From: a candidate division FCPU426 bacterium
Lineage (GTDB): Bacteria; Oederibacteriota; Muellerivitia; Muellerivitales; Muellerivitaceae
Length of the DNA: 64,000 bases
Reading direction: 5' to 3'
NCBI GenBank assembly: GCA_027452205.1
Contig: DAIDGV010000027.1
Span: 6,471 to 70,470 of the forward strand
The notes under the pieces were generated by a model. That model was not told the DNA's origin, did not search any database, and was given only the letters and a program-made list of their open reading frames with translations. Made by a program: the position numbers and the translations under genes. Shown piece by piece: positions 52,667 through 61,924 of the stretch; position 1 is the first letter of the stretch; each line of letters opens with the position of its first letter.

Positions 52667-53640
52667 GGTGGACGCGTTCAATAGGTCTGCTGATGCTCCT
52701 CCTGTTCTGGACCCTGCCGGTGTGGGCCGATCAACAAGGGGGTCAGAGACCGGCGGCTTACTTGGACATGGGCGTGGGCGGAATGCAGAACGCCATGGGC
52801 GGCACGGGGGTGGCGGTCCGGAACGATGTAGCCGATGGTTACTGGAACCCGGCTGGCTTGACGGCCTTGCGGGGTTTTCAAGTGGAAGACCAATACACCC
52901 TTCTTTCCCTGAATCAGGAATTGAACTATTTGGGATTAGCCAACAACTTCCGGGATAAATTCTTTTACGGTCTTTCCTGGATCTATTACAGCGCGGGGAA
53001 CGATCTGGAAGCCCGTACGGGACCCTCTTTGAACCCGGACAGCATTTTTTCCGACCTGGAAATGACCTTCATTGTTTCTTTGGCCATTCGCATCGACCCC
53101 CGGTGGGCACTGGGTCTGAATTTAAAGATATTGACCCAGAACCTAGGTTCCTTTTCATCCGGTGTCGGTTTTGGGGAAGACTTTGGTTTGCAATATCGAC
53201 TGACCAAAGACACCACCTTGGGATTGATGATCGAGGATATCTACACAAGCCTGACTTATAGTTCGTCCACGTCCTCCAGTTCCACGGATCCAGCCCAGAT
53301 CCGTCCGACGACTTTCAAGGTTGGCGTGGCTGACCATGAGGAACAATGGAACTTGAAAGGAACGGCTGACCTAGCCTGGAGCCAGGATCTGGGCCTGGAA
53401 CCGCGTCTGGGTGTTGAATGGCGCCCCTTGGATGGTTTGGCGTTGCGGGGCGGTTTTTGGGCAGAGAATTTGACCGCGGGAGCTGGAGGCGGATCGCCTT
53501 TGGTCTATTTGACGACCGGGGTCGCTCTTTTACTCCCGGTCCAGGGTAATTTGCTAGAATTCGACTATTCCATCATCCCGGACCGCATCGACGCGGGTGC
53601 CATCATCAACCAGATCGCTATCACCGGAAAGTTCCTCTAA
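52663..53640 (+). CDS. PorV/FadL-like outer-membrane beta-barrel
   Basis: signal peptide, AMGG..VA...D....YWNPAGL, alternating beta strands. Confidence 0.75.
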   Translation: MRWTRSIGLLMLLLFWTLPVWADQQGGQRPAAYLDMGVGGMQNAMGGTGVAVRNDVADGYWNPAGLTALRGFQVEDQYTLLSLNQELNYLGLANNFRDKFFYGLSWIYYSAGNDLEARTGPSLNPDSIFSDLEMTFIVSLAIRIDPRWALGLNLKILTQNLGSFSSGVGFGEDFGLQYRLTKDTTLGLMIEDIYTSLTYSSSTSSSSTDPAQIRPTTFKVGVADHEEQWNLKGTADLAWSQDLGLEPRLGVEWRPLDGLALRGGFWAENLTAGAGGGSPLVYLTTGVALLLPVQGNLLEFDYSIIPDRIDAGAIINQIAITGKFL

Positions 53641-54407
53641 TGGACATTCAAACCCACTTAAAAGCTATCCAACGTTTAGGGGTCAAATACGTCTCTTTGA
53701 CCTCTTCAACTTCGCCCGAAAGGGAAGTTGTTGTCGAGACGGCTTCACCAGTTGCGATTCCTGCCCCGGCCCCACAGGTCACTACCGAAGTCGTGCCCAC
53801 GGGGATTCCCTCATGGGTGACCGCGTCCGAGAACAGCGTGAAGGCCATGGAATTGATCGCTTTTTATCAGGATATCCATGAGTGTCAAAATTGCCCCCTG
53901 GGGGCGACCCGGAAACATTTTGTGTTCGGCAGCGGCAATCCTGAGGCCAAGGTGATGTTCGTGGGTGAGGCCCCGGGCGCCGATGAGGATGAACAAGGCC
54001 TGCCTTTTGTGGGTCGGGCCGGCCAACTTTTGACCAAGATCATCGAATCGACCCAAGCCTGGAAAAGAAAAGAAGTATTCATCTGTAATGTGCTCAAGTG
54101 CCGTCCTCCGGGAAATCGAACGCCCTTGCCTGAAGAAGTGGAACAGTGCCGTCCTTATTTAGAAGAACAGATCAGGGTCGTTGGACCCAAGCTCATCATG
54201 GCTTTGGGCGCCAGCGCGGCCCAGGCGCTTTTGAAGACCAAGGAACCGGTCGGGAAATTACGCCAGGGTTGGCATGATCTTCAAGGGATCCCTTTGAAGG
54301 TCACCTATCACCCTGCCGCTCTTTTACGGGATGAGACCCGCAAGAAGGATGTCTGGCAGGACATGAAAGAATTCACTGCCAAATACAAAGAGTTGGAAGG
54401 GCTTTGA
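53640..54407 (+). CDS. uracil-DNA glycosylase family 4
   Basis: CQNCPL, GEAPG, PFVG.AG, KCRPP.NR, YHPA. Confidence 0.92.
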   Translation: MDIQTHLKAIQRLGVKYVSLTSSTSPEREVVVETASPVAIPAPAPQVTTEVVPTGIPSWVTASENSVKAMELIAFYQDIHECQNCPLGATRKHFVFGSGNPEAKVMFVGEAPGADEDEQGLPFVGRAGQLLTKIIESTQAWKRKEVFICNVLKCRPPGNRTPLPEEVEQCRPYLEEQIRVVGPKLIMALGASAAQALLKTKEPVGKLRQGWHDLQGIPLKVTYHPAALLRDETRKKDVWQDMKEFTAKYKELEGL

Positions 54408-54501
54408 CCGCTACGCAGGACCATGCTTTTCGCCGATGGGTCCTGAATCTTGTTATAATCCTCTCGTCTTTTACCCTGGATCCTAGGATCAAGCCCATTT
54501 C

Positions 54502-56805
54502 ATGAACTATTTGAGCTATTTCCTCAATCCAGCCAATTGGTTCTTCCCACCCTCCCGCCGGTACCGGCTTGAAGTCCACGCCTTTGACAGTGAAGTTTCC
54601 AAGATCAAGGATTTTGCCCAAGCCATCTGCACCGTGGCGGGTTATTCCCTGGCCGACGCCAATGTCATCAAATTGGTTCTTGAAGAGGTTTGCGTCAACA
54701 TCATCCGGCACGCTTATACGGAAAGCTCCAAGGGGCCCATTTTGGCCGAAATGAGCATCGGGTTCTTTGGTATGCGTATCAAGGTCATGGATCAAGGCCA
54801 GAGTTTCGACTTCAAGAGCGTGAAAGACCCGGACCTGGACCATTATGTCGAAGTAGCCAAAAGAGGAGGTCTGGGACTTTGGGTCATTCGGAAAATGATG
54901 ACCAATGTCCATTACCGTTCTTTGGACGACCATAACGAATGGACCCTTTATTACCGTCCCTCCAATGAAACCGAAGAGGAAGAAAAAAAGACCCCGGCGT
55001 GGGACGGTCTTTCGCTTAAGTTCACCCTGGCCTCTTTTTTGCTTTTCACTTTCCTGATCTTCCTGGTCTATGTACTCACGGTGTTGGTCACTGTGCCGAT
55101 CCTTGGGCCTATGGATACCCTGGCCCGGCGGTTGGGGGCCGGGTACACGACCACCCTGGGCCGGGGTATCGTGTTGGTCTATGGTTTGGGTTTGGCGGGT
55201 TTCGCATTGATCTTTTACAAACTTTTCCATCCCTTGGTCTCTTCGCGGGATCCCCGAACGAACTTGCGGGACCGGTGGAGGTTACGGCAGGCTTTTTTGA
55301 AGGATCGGGAAGAATATGACAGGCTCTTGAAGGTCTTGACCGAAATGGAGCAGAACAAAAAGGAACTGCAACAAAAGAACCGGGATAGCGTGTCCCGGGA
55401 AGCCCAATTACAGGAAGAACAACGGGCGGCTTTAGAAAAAGTGGCACTCCTTGAGGCTCAACTGGAGTCCGAGAAGAACGCCAATGCGGCTAAGATGGCA
55501 TTGGAACCGGCACCCTCGAGAACGGACAAGGTATCCGAACAGGCCGATGAAGTGCGGGCGATCCTGACCGGCTCGGATCCCGTCAAAATGCGGTTGGAAA
55601 AGGAACTGGAAGACGCCCAAGCCCGTATCCGCACCCAGTCCCATTTTGAGGAGGGAATTCGCAAAGAAGTGGAAGTGGCCCAACAGATCCAACACGCGCT
55701 CCTTCCCAAAGAATATCCCCAAATCGAGGGGTTCCAAGTGGGCGCATCCTATCGGGCGGCCAGCGAAGTGGGCGGCGATTATTATGACTTTATTTGGGTG
55801 GACCCGACCACACTGGGCATCGCGGTGGGGGACGTGGCCGGTAAGGGCGTGCCTGGGTCGATGGTGATGGCCATGATCCGCACGGCCATGCGTCTGGAAG
55901 CCAAAAAGAACAAGTCTCCGGCCAACGTGTTGTTAAAGGTCCACGAGCATGTGAATGGAGATATGAAAAGAGGGATGTTCGCCACGATGTTCTATATCGT
56001 GCTGGATTCCCGCAACCGGTCCATCAGTTACGCCAGCGCGGGACACAATCCCATGGTGCTTTACCGCGGTTCTACCGATGAAGTTTACTTCTTGAAACCT
56101 AAGGGGTTCCCCCTAGGCATCGATCTGCCCGATGAAAGCTTGTTCGCAAAGACCATGGCCCTACAAAAACTAAGCCTTCAAAAAGATGATCTGCTTCTTA
56201 TTTATACTGACGGCGTGACCGAGGCTATGAACTCGAAAAACGAACAGTTCGGTGAGGATCGGATGATCCAGGCCGTACGCGAGAACTGCCATCTGCCGGC
56301 GGCCGAAGTGGTCCAAAAGATCGAGGAAAGTATCGCCCGTTTCGTGGGCGGAGCCGCGCAAAGCGACGACGTGACCATCGTGGTCATCAAGGAGAACCTG
56401 CAAGCGGAGGACGTCATCTACAAGTTCCGCAAACAGCTATTGAAATTGGTAGATGACGGCACTTCCATCGCCGAGGCTTGCCGTCAACTGAATGTCTCGC
56501 CACAGACCTACTATTACTATAAAGCTATCCACGACAAGAAGGGGGACGCGGGTTTAAAACCGGTGTTCCCTAAGAAGAGAGCCGCCGTGCATGAGCTTTC
56601 CTTGGACCAACGCAACGCGGTCTTGTCGGTGGTGAAGTCCAATCCGGAGTTGGGCGCGGGACAGATCGTGGAGTTCCTCAGGAGCGTCCGGAAACCTGCC
56701 ATCAAGTTGGAAACGAAGGTAGTTTCCGACTTCCTGAACCGCAAGGGCTTGGGTGAAGCCAAGGAAAGAAAGGTCTTCGCGGCCAACGAGATTGACACCG
56801 TTTAA
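54502..56805 (+). CDS. RsbW-like kinase / TM / coiled-coil / SpoIIE PP2C / HTH fusion protein
   Basis: EVCVNIIRH, DQG, GGLGL; VGGDYYD, GDVAGKG, YTDGVTE, DDVT; transposase-like HTH tail. Confidence 0.85.
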   Translation: MNYLSYFLNPANWFFPPSRRYRLEVHAFDSEVSKIKDFAQAICTVAGYSLADANVIKLVLEEVCVNIIRHAYTESSKGPILAEMSIGFFGMRIKVMDQGQSFDFKSVKDPDLDHYVEVAKRGGLGLWVIRKMMTNVHYRSLDDHNEWTLYYRPSNETEEEEKKTPAWDGLSLKFTLASFLLFTFLIFLVYVLTVLVTVPILGPMDTLARRLGAGYTTTLGRGIVLVYGLGLAGFALIFYKLFHPLVSSRDPRTNLRDRWRLRQAFLKDREEYDRLLKVLTEMEQNKKELQQKNRDSVSREAQLQEEQRAALEKVALLEAQLESEKNANAAKMALEPAPSRTDKVSEQADEVRAILTGSDPVKMRLEKELEDAQARIRTQSHFEEGIRKEVEVAQQIQHALLPKEYPQIEGFQVGASYRAASEVGGDYYDFIWVDPTTLGIAVGDVAGKGVPGSMVMAMIRTAMRLEAKKNKSPANVLLKVHEHVNGDMKRGMFATMFYIVLDSRNRSISYASAGHNPMVLYRGSTDEVYFLKPKGFPLGIDLPDESLFAKTMALQKLSLQKDDLLLIYTDGVTEAMNSKNEQFGEDRMIQAVRENCHLPAAEVVQKIEESIARFVGGAAQSDDVTIVVIKENLQAEDVIYKFRKQLLKLVDDGTSIAEACRQLNVSPQTYYYYKAIHDKKGDAGLKPVFPKKRAAVHELSLDQRNAVLSVVKSNPELGAGQIVEFLRSVRKPAIKLETKVVSDFLNRKGLGEAKERKVFAANEIDTV

Positions 56806-56870
56806 GCACCCCTGGATAATGAAATCCTCTTGCTGTGGTTGAAACCACTTCGAGTTAAAGGCCTACACTT

Positions 56871-58016
56871 TTGGAACCCATCACCTTTAAGTCGCTCATT
56901 GAGATCGAAGGCAAACACTTCATCCTCGAGACTTCCTCCATGCCGGGACGTCCCCGGTATTCCTATTACATCCAACTTGACGGCCGTATCATTTCCCAAA
57001 AAGAGTCCGATTTTCCTGAGGGCCTCAGCGATGAAGGGATGAAAACCTTCCTGCAGAACAGCCATAAAGCCCGGGCGGTGGAACTGGAATCCATTTTTCG
57101 TCTCAACCGCAAGATCGACGAGAAAGCCACGCCGGATACTTGCTGGAAAATGGGGGTCATCCTTCTTTCAAACGGTTTTTACGAGGATGCCAAGAACCGC
57201 TTCCTGAAAGCCATGGAAATCGATCCGGTCCATCTTCAATCGGCCAAATGTTACGGTATCACCTTGATGCTGCTCGGCGACATGGAAGGGGCCATCGCGG
57301 CCTTGAACCGAGCCAAGGAATTAGGGCCTTCTTTCGCGGACATCTATTACCACTTGGGCAACGCTTACTTGTTCAATAAGGACCTGGACCAAGCGGTCCA
57401 AAGTTATCTTCAAGCCCTGCAGATCAACCCCCGTTACGCCGATGCCCGGTTGCGGTTGGCTACCGCTTGCGTAGGCTATCTGCTCCAATCAGCCAGTCAG
57501 TTGAATGACGCCAAGAGCAATGAATTGGTCGACCGGTCCCGCAAGGAAGCGGAAACCGCGGCTTCTTTGAATCCCAAGGTCCGGAACCGGTCTTTCTTGT
57601 TGGCCATCGATTTCCTCAAGTCGAAGAAATACCAACAAGCCTATCAGGCTTTCCTTGAAGTTCGTCCGAAGTACGTTCCCCGCACGGGGGATGAGATCGT
57701 CTTTTATTTCAATTTGACCCTGTTATACGGTAATGAGGGCATCGACCTGCAAATGACCGAACAGTATGTGGAAAAGCTGGCGAAGGTCATCGAGGAATAC
57801 CCGCAGTACGCCGACCTGCATCATCATTTGGGGGTGGCTTATTTGATCAAAGGCCGTTTCGACGTGACCCGTTCCTTGAAAGAGTTCCAGAAGGCCCTGG
57901 AGATAAATCCCCAATATAAAAAAGCCATCGTTCACTCGGCGGACGTGGAAGACCTGAACAAAAGGGTTCTGGTTGTTTTGAAGAAGACCATCATTTCAGT
58001 GACGTCATCCAACTAA
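56871..58016 (+). CDS. TPR protein
   Basis: multiple TPRs (YADLHHHLG, ALEINPQY). Confidence 0.8.
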   Translation: MEPITFKSLIEIEGKHFILETSSMPGRPRYSYYIQLDGRIISQKESDFPEGLSDEGMKTFLQNSHKARAVELESIFRLNRKIDEKATPDTCWKMGVILLSNGFYEDAKNRFLKAMEIDPVHLQSAKCYGITLMLLGDMEGAIAALNRAKELGPSFADIYYHLGNAYLFNKDLDQAVQSYLQALQINPRYADARLRLATACVGYLLQSASQLNDAKSNELVDRSRKEAETAASLNPKVRNRSFLLAIDFLKSKKYQQAYQAFLEVRPKYVPRTGDEIVFYFNLTLLYGNEGIDLQMTEQYVEKLAKVIEEYPQYADLHHHLGVAYLIKGRFDVTRSLKEFQKALEINPQYKKAIVHSADVEDLNKRVLVVLKKTIISVTSSN

Positions 58017-58017
58017 T

Positions 58018-58404
58018 TCAACCGTTGTTGCCGTCGCCCAAGTAGAAGTTCTGTTCCAGGAACTTCGCTTTTTCCGGTGTCATGGAATCGAAAGACAGAC
58101 CGTAAGCGAAACGTCCCATGGACTTCATGGGGTTCTTGTGGACCCAAACGATCTTGCCCAAATAGACCACGGTGGGGCTGGCTTCGAGCGAAGGCAATTC
58201 CAACTGTACTTGGTCCCCGATCTCCATGGTTTGGTTCGAATAGATCTGGGCGCCGGAGAGGCTGATGTTCATCAAGTGAACCCCGAAATCCTCTTCTTTG
58301 TTGGTTTTGATCGGCTTCACCCGGCCCTTGATGGGGCGGACAACGAGGACTCGGCGGTGTTTCCGTTTTTCGATGCCAGAGTGGGTGGGGTGAAGTTTGG
58401 ACAT
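58018..58404 (-). CDS. PilZ domain protein
   Basis: RKHRR and NISLSG; GKIVW, YGLSF. Confidence 0.8.
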   Translation of the reverse strand: MSKLHPTHSGIEKRKHRRVLVVRPIKGRVKPIKTNKEEDFGVHLMNISLSGAQIYSNQTMEIGDQVQLELPSLEASPTVVYLGKIVWVHKNPMKSMGRFAYGLSFDSMTPEKAKFLEQNFYLGDGNNG

Positions 58405-58695
58405 TTCTTTGGGTACTCCCTTGCCTGGTTGAAGTCTGCCAGCCCATGGCAGGATGGTGAAAAAGTCCTTGAGAGGCCTTTTTTTGTTTACGAACGAGCC
58501 ACAATAAGAAAAAATCCATCTTCTTGGAGGCTCGTTCCAACTCATGGCTGCCGACGGGGTCCTGAAAATACCTTTCAGAACCCTGTTAGAATAGCATCGG
58601 GGCGAGTGGGTGAGAATCAAATTTCGGATCGTTCAGGTCCTTGGCCGTTAAGTCCATGGGGTCTCTTTTTATCGATAGTTAACCAAAGGAAAAGC

Positions 58696-60159
58696 ATGAG
58701 CTCGAAGCAGGTTAGGGTCCGTTTTGCCCCCAGTCCCACCGGTTATCTACATGTGGGAGGCGCCCGAACGGCTTTATTTAACTGGCTTTTTGCCCGTCAT
58801 TCGGGAGGACGGTTCATTCTCCGCATCGAGGACACAGACCGGGAAAGGTCCAAACCCGAGTATGAAGAGGCCATCCTGCGGGACATGAAATGGTTGGGCC
58901 TGGATTGGGATGAGGGTCCGGGCGTGGGCGGGGAGAAGGGGCCCTATCTGCAGACCCAACGGGGTGATCTTTACCGCCAGCAATTGGAAAAACTCCTTGC
59001 CCAAGATAAGGCTTACCCTTGTTTTTGTTCTCCAGAAGAATTGACCGCGGACCGGGAAGCCCAACAGGCCGCCGGAAAGATCTACCGTTATTCAGGCAAA
59101 TGCGCCCGCTTGAGTCCCGCTGAATCCCAAGCGCGGGTCGGCCAAGGGGAAGCTTTCGCGGTGCGGTTGAGAGTGCCCGAAGGCGCAACGGTCTTCAAGG
59201 ATTTGGTGAAGGGCGAGGTGAAGGTGGACCATCAGGAGATCGACGACCTAGTCTTGGTGCGCCGGGGCGGGGAACCGACCTACAACTTTGTGGTGGTGGT
59301 TGATGACGCCTTGATGGAAATTTCCCATGTCATCCGGGGGGACGATCATCTTTCCAATACCCCCAAACAGATCCTCATCTATCAAGCGCTGGGATTTCAA
59401 TTACCCCAGTTCGCCCATATTCCGCTCATCCTAGGCCCGGATCGGTCGCCCCTCTCTAAACGTCATGGCGCCAGTTCGGTGAGCGAGTTCAAGCGTCAAG
59501 GTTATTTGCCGGAGACCATGATGAACTATCTGGCCTTGTTGGGTTGGTCCTTGGATGATAAGACCGAATTGATCAGTAAAGACGCCTTGATCAGGCATTT
59601 TAGTTTGGACCGGGTCGTCAAAAGCCCGGCGGCTTTTGACTATGACAAACTTCAATGGATGAATGGCCAGTATTTAAAGAGCGTGGGTGAAGACCGATTC
59701 TTCGGATTGTGCAAAGAACGGCTTTTGGAAACAGGCACCTTGACGGAAGACGATTTTAAAAATGATGGGGCCTATTTAAAAAGGATCATCGCGTTGGTGA
59801 AGGGAAACTTGAAGTTGATCTCACAGGTGGATGAGCAACTGACCTATTTCTTGAAGGATATTGATTCCTATGATCCTGTAGCGCTGGCCAAGTTCAAGAT
59901 GGCGGAGAATATCCCGGTTTTTGAGATGGCGATCTCGCTCCTGGAAGGGACAGATTCCCTGGCGGCGGTTCCACTGGAAGAAAAGTTCCGCGTGGCGGCG
60001 ACCCATGCGGGTCGTAAATTCGGCGAGTTCGTTCATCCCATGCGGCTGGCCCTAACGGGCCGTGCGAACAGTCCCAATCTTTTTGAAGTAATCGAGGTTT
60101 TGGGCAAAGACCGTTGTTTGAAACGATTTCATCAATTCCTTCAAATGCTCCGTCAATAA
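58696..60159 (+). CDS. gltX: glutamate-tRNA ligase
   Basis: RFAPSPTG.LHVG, RIEDTD, RGDDH, LSKR. Confidence 0.97.
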   Translation: MSSKQVRVRFAPSPTGYLHVGGARTALFNWLFARHSGGRFILRIEDTDRERSKPEYEEAILRDMKWLGLDWDEGPGVGGEKGPYLQTQRGDLYRQQLEKLLAQDKAYPCFCSPEELTADREAQQAAGKIYRYSGKCARLSPAESQARVGQGEAFAVRLRVPEGATVFKDLVKGEVKVDHQEIDDLVLVRRGGEPTYNFVVVVDDALMEISHVIRGDDHLSNTPKQILIYQALGFQLPQFAHIPLILGPDRSPLSKRHGASSVSEFKRQGYLPETMMNYLALLGWSLDDKTELISKDALIRHFSLDRVVKSPAAFDYDKLQWMNGQYLKSVGEDRFFGLCKERLLETGTLTEDDFKNDGAYLKRIIALVKGNLKLISQVDEQLTYFLKDIDSYDPVALAKFKMAENIPVFEMAISLLEGTDSLAAVPLEEKFRVAATHAGRKFGEFVHPMRLALTGRANSPNLFEVIEVLGKDRCLKRFHQFLQMLRQ

Positions 60160-60234
60160 GAAGCCTTATTGATGGGGGATGGGTATAATGGGCCCCGTTG
60201 ATCAGGGTCTTAAAGCCGAAAAGGGGGCTGCGCC

Positions 60235-60795
60235 ATGGCGAGCATCATCGATTTCGTATTCAACCGGGGAGAGAGCAAAGGCCGGCTGAGGCCCATTCAC
60301 CGCAATGATTGGGCTATGGTGGTTGGTTGGTGGAACGACCCGGAAGTCCGCCGCTTGTTCGACGTCCATTTCGTTAATCAAACTTTCGCGGACGCCGAAA
60401 AATGGTTCTCCAAGGCTGAGACGGGAGAAGGGGAACAACTTCCCCGGTCTTTTGTGATCGAGGTCGACAGTAAAGGTAAGTGGCTACCGGTTGGTACCGC
60501 GGAGTTCTATAGTGAAAGACCATCCCACAAGACCGTCGAATTCGGCTTCTTGATCGGGGACAAGAACTGGTGGGGTAAAGGTATCGGCACCGAGACCGCT
60601 AAGCGTATGACCAAATACGGCCTTGAGGAACTGGGTTTTCACCGTATCGGGGCGGTTTCGGCGGCCTATAACGTGCGATCCATGAACGCCCTTCAAAAGG
60701 CAGGGTTCCAGATCGAGGGTATCCGCAAAAGCTATGTTTTGCGGGATGGTCAATATCATGACCAAACCCTCATGTCGGTTGTGCGGGAAAGCTGA
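60235..60795 (+). CDS. GNAT acetyltransferase, RimJ/RimL-like
   Basis: WGKGIGTE, N.RS..AL.KAGF..EG. Confidence 0.85.
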   Translation: MASIIDFVFNRGESKGRLRPIHRNDWAMVVGWWNDPEVRRLFDVHFVNQTFADAEKWFSKAETGEGEQLPRSFVIEVDSKGKWLPVGTAEFYSERPSHKTVEFGFLIGDKNWWGKGIGTETAKRMTKYGLEELGFHRIGAVSAAYNVRSMNALQKAGFQIEGIRKSYVLRDGQYHDQTLMSVVRES

Positions 60796-60852
60796 TTTGG
60801 GGCTTTTCGAGTCCCTTGAAACTTGTTAAAATCCCGCCTCTTTTCGACTGAT

Positions 60853-60926
60853 TGGGAGATCGTCTAACGGTAGGACAGCAGATTCTGGATCTGCTTATCT
60901 AGGTTCGAATCCTAGTCTCCCAGCCA
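60853..60926 (+). tRNA. tRNA-Gln(CTG)
   Basis: TGGGAGA/TCTCCCA acceptor stem, GCAGA-ttCTGga-TCTGC anticodon arm, GGTTCGAATCC, encoded CCA. Confidence 0.96.
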
Positions 60927-60964
60927 TTTTCTATTTAAAACAGGTCGGCATCCTTTCCCTATAG

Positions 60965-61711
60965 GTGGAGGGTTCGTTGAAAAAATGTCCTCAATGCGGC
61001 GCCGAGAATCAGGACCAGGCCAAGTTCTGCGGAATGTGCCGGGCCAGTTTGGTCAAGCCTAAGGGCCCTTCCGAAATGCCGCCCCGAAAAAAGAATACTC
61101 CCATCTATATCGCTCTTGGCGTTCTCACTTTCGGAGCAGTTGTCTATTGGTCCATTACCCACCAGACTGGTGTCGACACGGTCGCGCCCTCGAACCTGAC
61201 CGTTGAAGATCTGGACCATAAGGGTGACGTGGCTTTTAACGAAAAGGACTATAAAGAGGCTTTGCTCCGTTATCACCAAGCGGCGGACAAAGGTGATCCT
61301 TTGGCCCAAAACTTCGTGGGCTGGATCTATCAGAATGGCCTGGGCGTTCCCGCTGATCCAAAACAAGCTCTCGTGTGGTACCACAAAGCCGCCGACAAAG
61401 GTTACGCTCCTTCCCAAACGAACGTGGGTTGGTGTTATCAAAATGGTTTGGGCGTCACGGCCGATTATGCCCAGGCGATCGTTTGGTACAAGAAGGCCGT
61501 TGCCCAGGGAAATGAATCGGCCGAGATCAACATGGGATATCTTTATGAGAACGGTATCGGGGTTCCTAAAGACCTCGACGAGGCCAAAAAGTGGTACCAA
61601 ATGGCGGCTAAGAACGGCAATCAAGAGGCCAAGAAGGATCTGGATATGCTTGAAGCCAAACAGATCAATCTCAACGCGCTTATGGGCAGTGGGGCCGTTA
61701 ACGGTCAATAA
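60965..61711 (+). CDS. zinc-ribbon + TM + Sel1-repeat protein
   Basis: CPQC..CGMC, TM, repeated G..Y.NG.GV..D...A..WY.KAA. Confidence 0.85.
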   Translation: MEGSLKKCPQCGAENQDQAKFCGMCRASLVKPKGPSEMPPRKKNTPIYIALGVLTFGAVVYWSITHQTGVDTVAPSNLTVEDLDHKGDVAFNEKDYKEALLRYHQAADKGDPLAQNFVGWIYQNGLGVPADPKQALVWYHKAADKGYAPSQTNVGWCYQNGLGVTADYAQAIVWYKKAVAQGNESAEINMGYLYENGIGVPKDLDEAKKWYQMAAKNGNQEAKKDLDMLEAKQINLNALMGSGAVNGQ

Positions 61712-61924
61712 ATACCATCGCCAAAGCTCGTTTCGACGATTTTTTGTTAGAAGAACAGCAAAAATCCATCCGATAAAAGTTATCAAAAACACGCCAATCC
61801 CATATAAGAAAAACGTTTGAACTGTATTTGCTTTTTGTGAAGCGATACATTATCGAAATACAACGCCACCATTATGCCCTGCGCTAAAAGCGCTTTCTTG
61901 CTAATAACGATTAAAGGTCTGTTT

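Noticed and set aside
56419-56805. Insertion sequence
   Set aside because: HTH only, fused in frame, with no DDE domain, terminal repeats or target duplication.
58138-58695. N-terminal extension of GltX in the ORF track
   Set aside because: Overlaps the antisense PilZ gene; the true start is ATG 58696 after an AAGGA SD.
61712-61870. Minus-strand membrane-protein remnant in an AT-rich patch
   Set aside because: Hydrophobic translation is expected from T-rich sequence, and there is no clear start, SD or recognisable homology.
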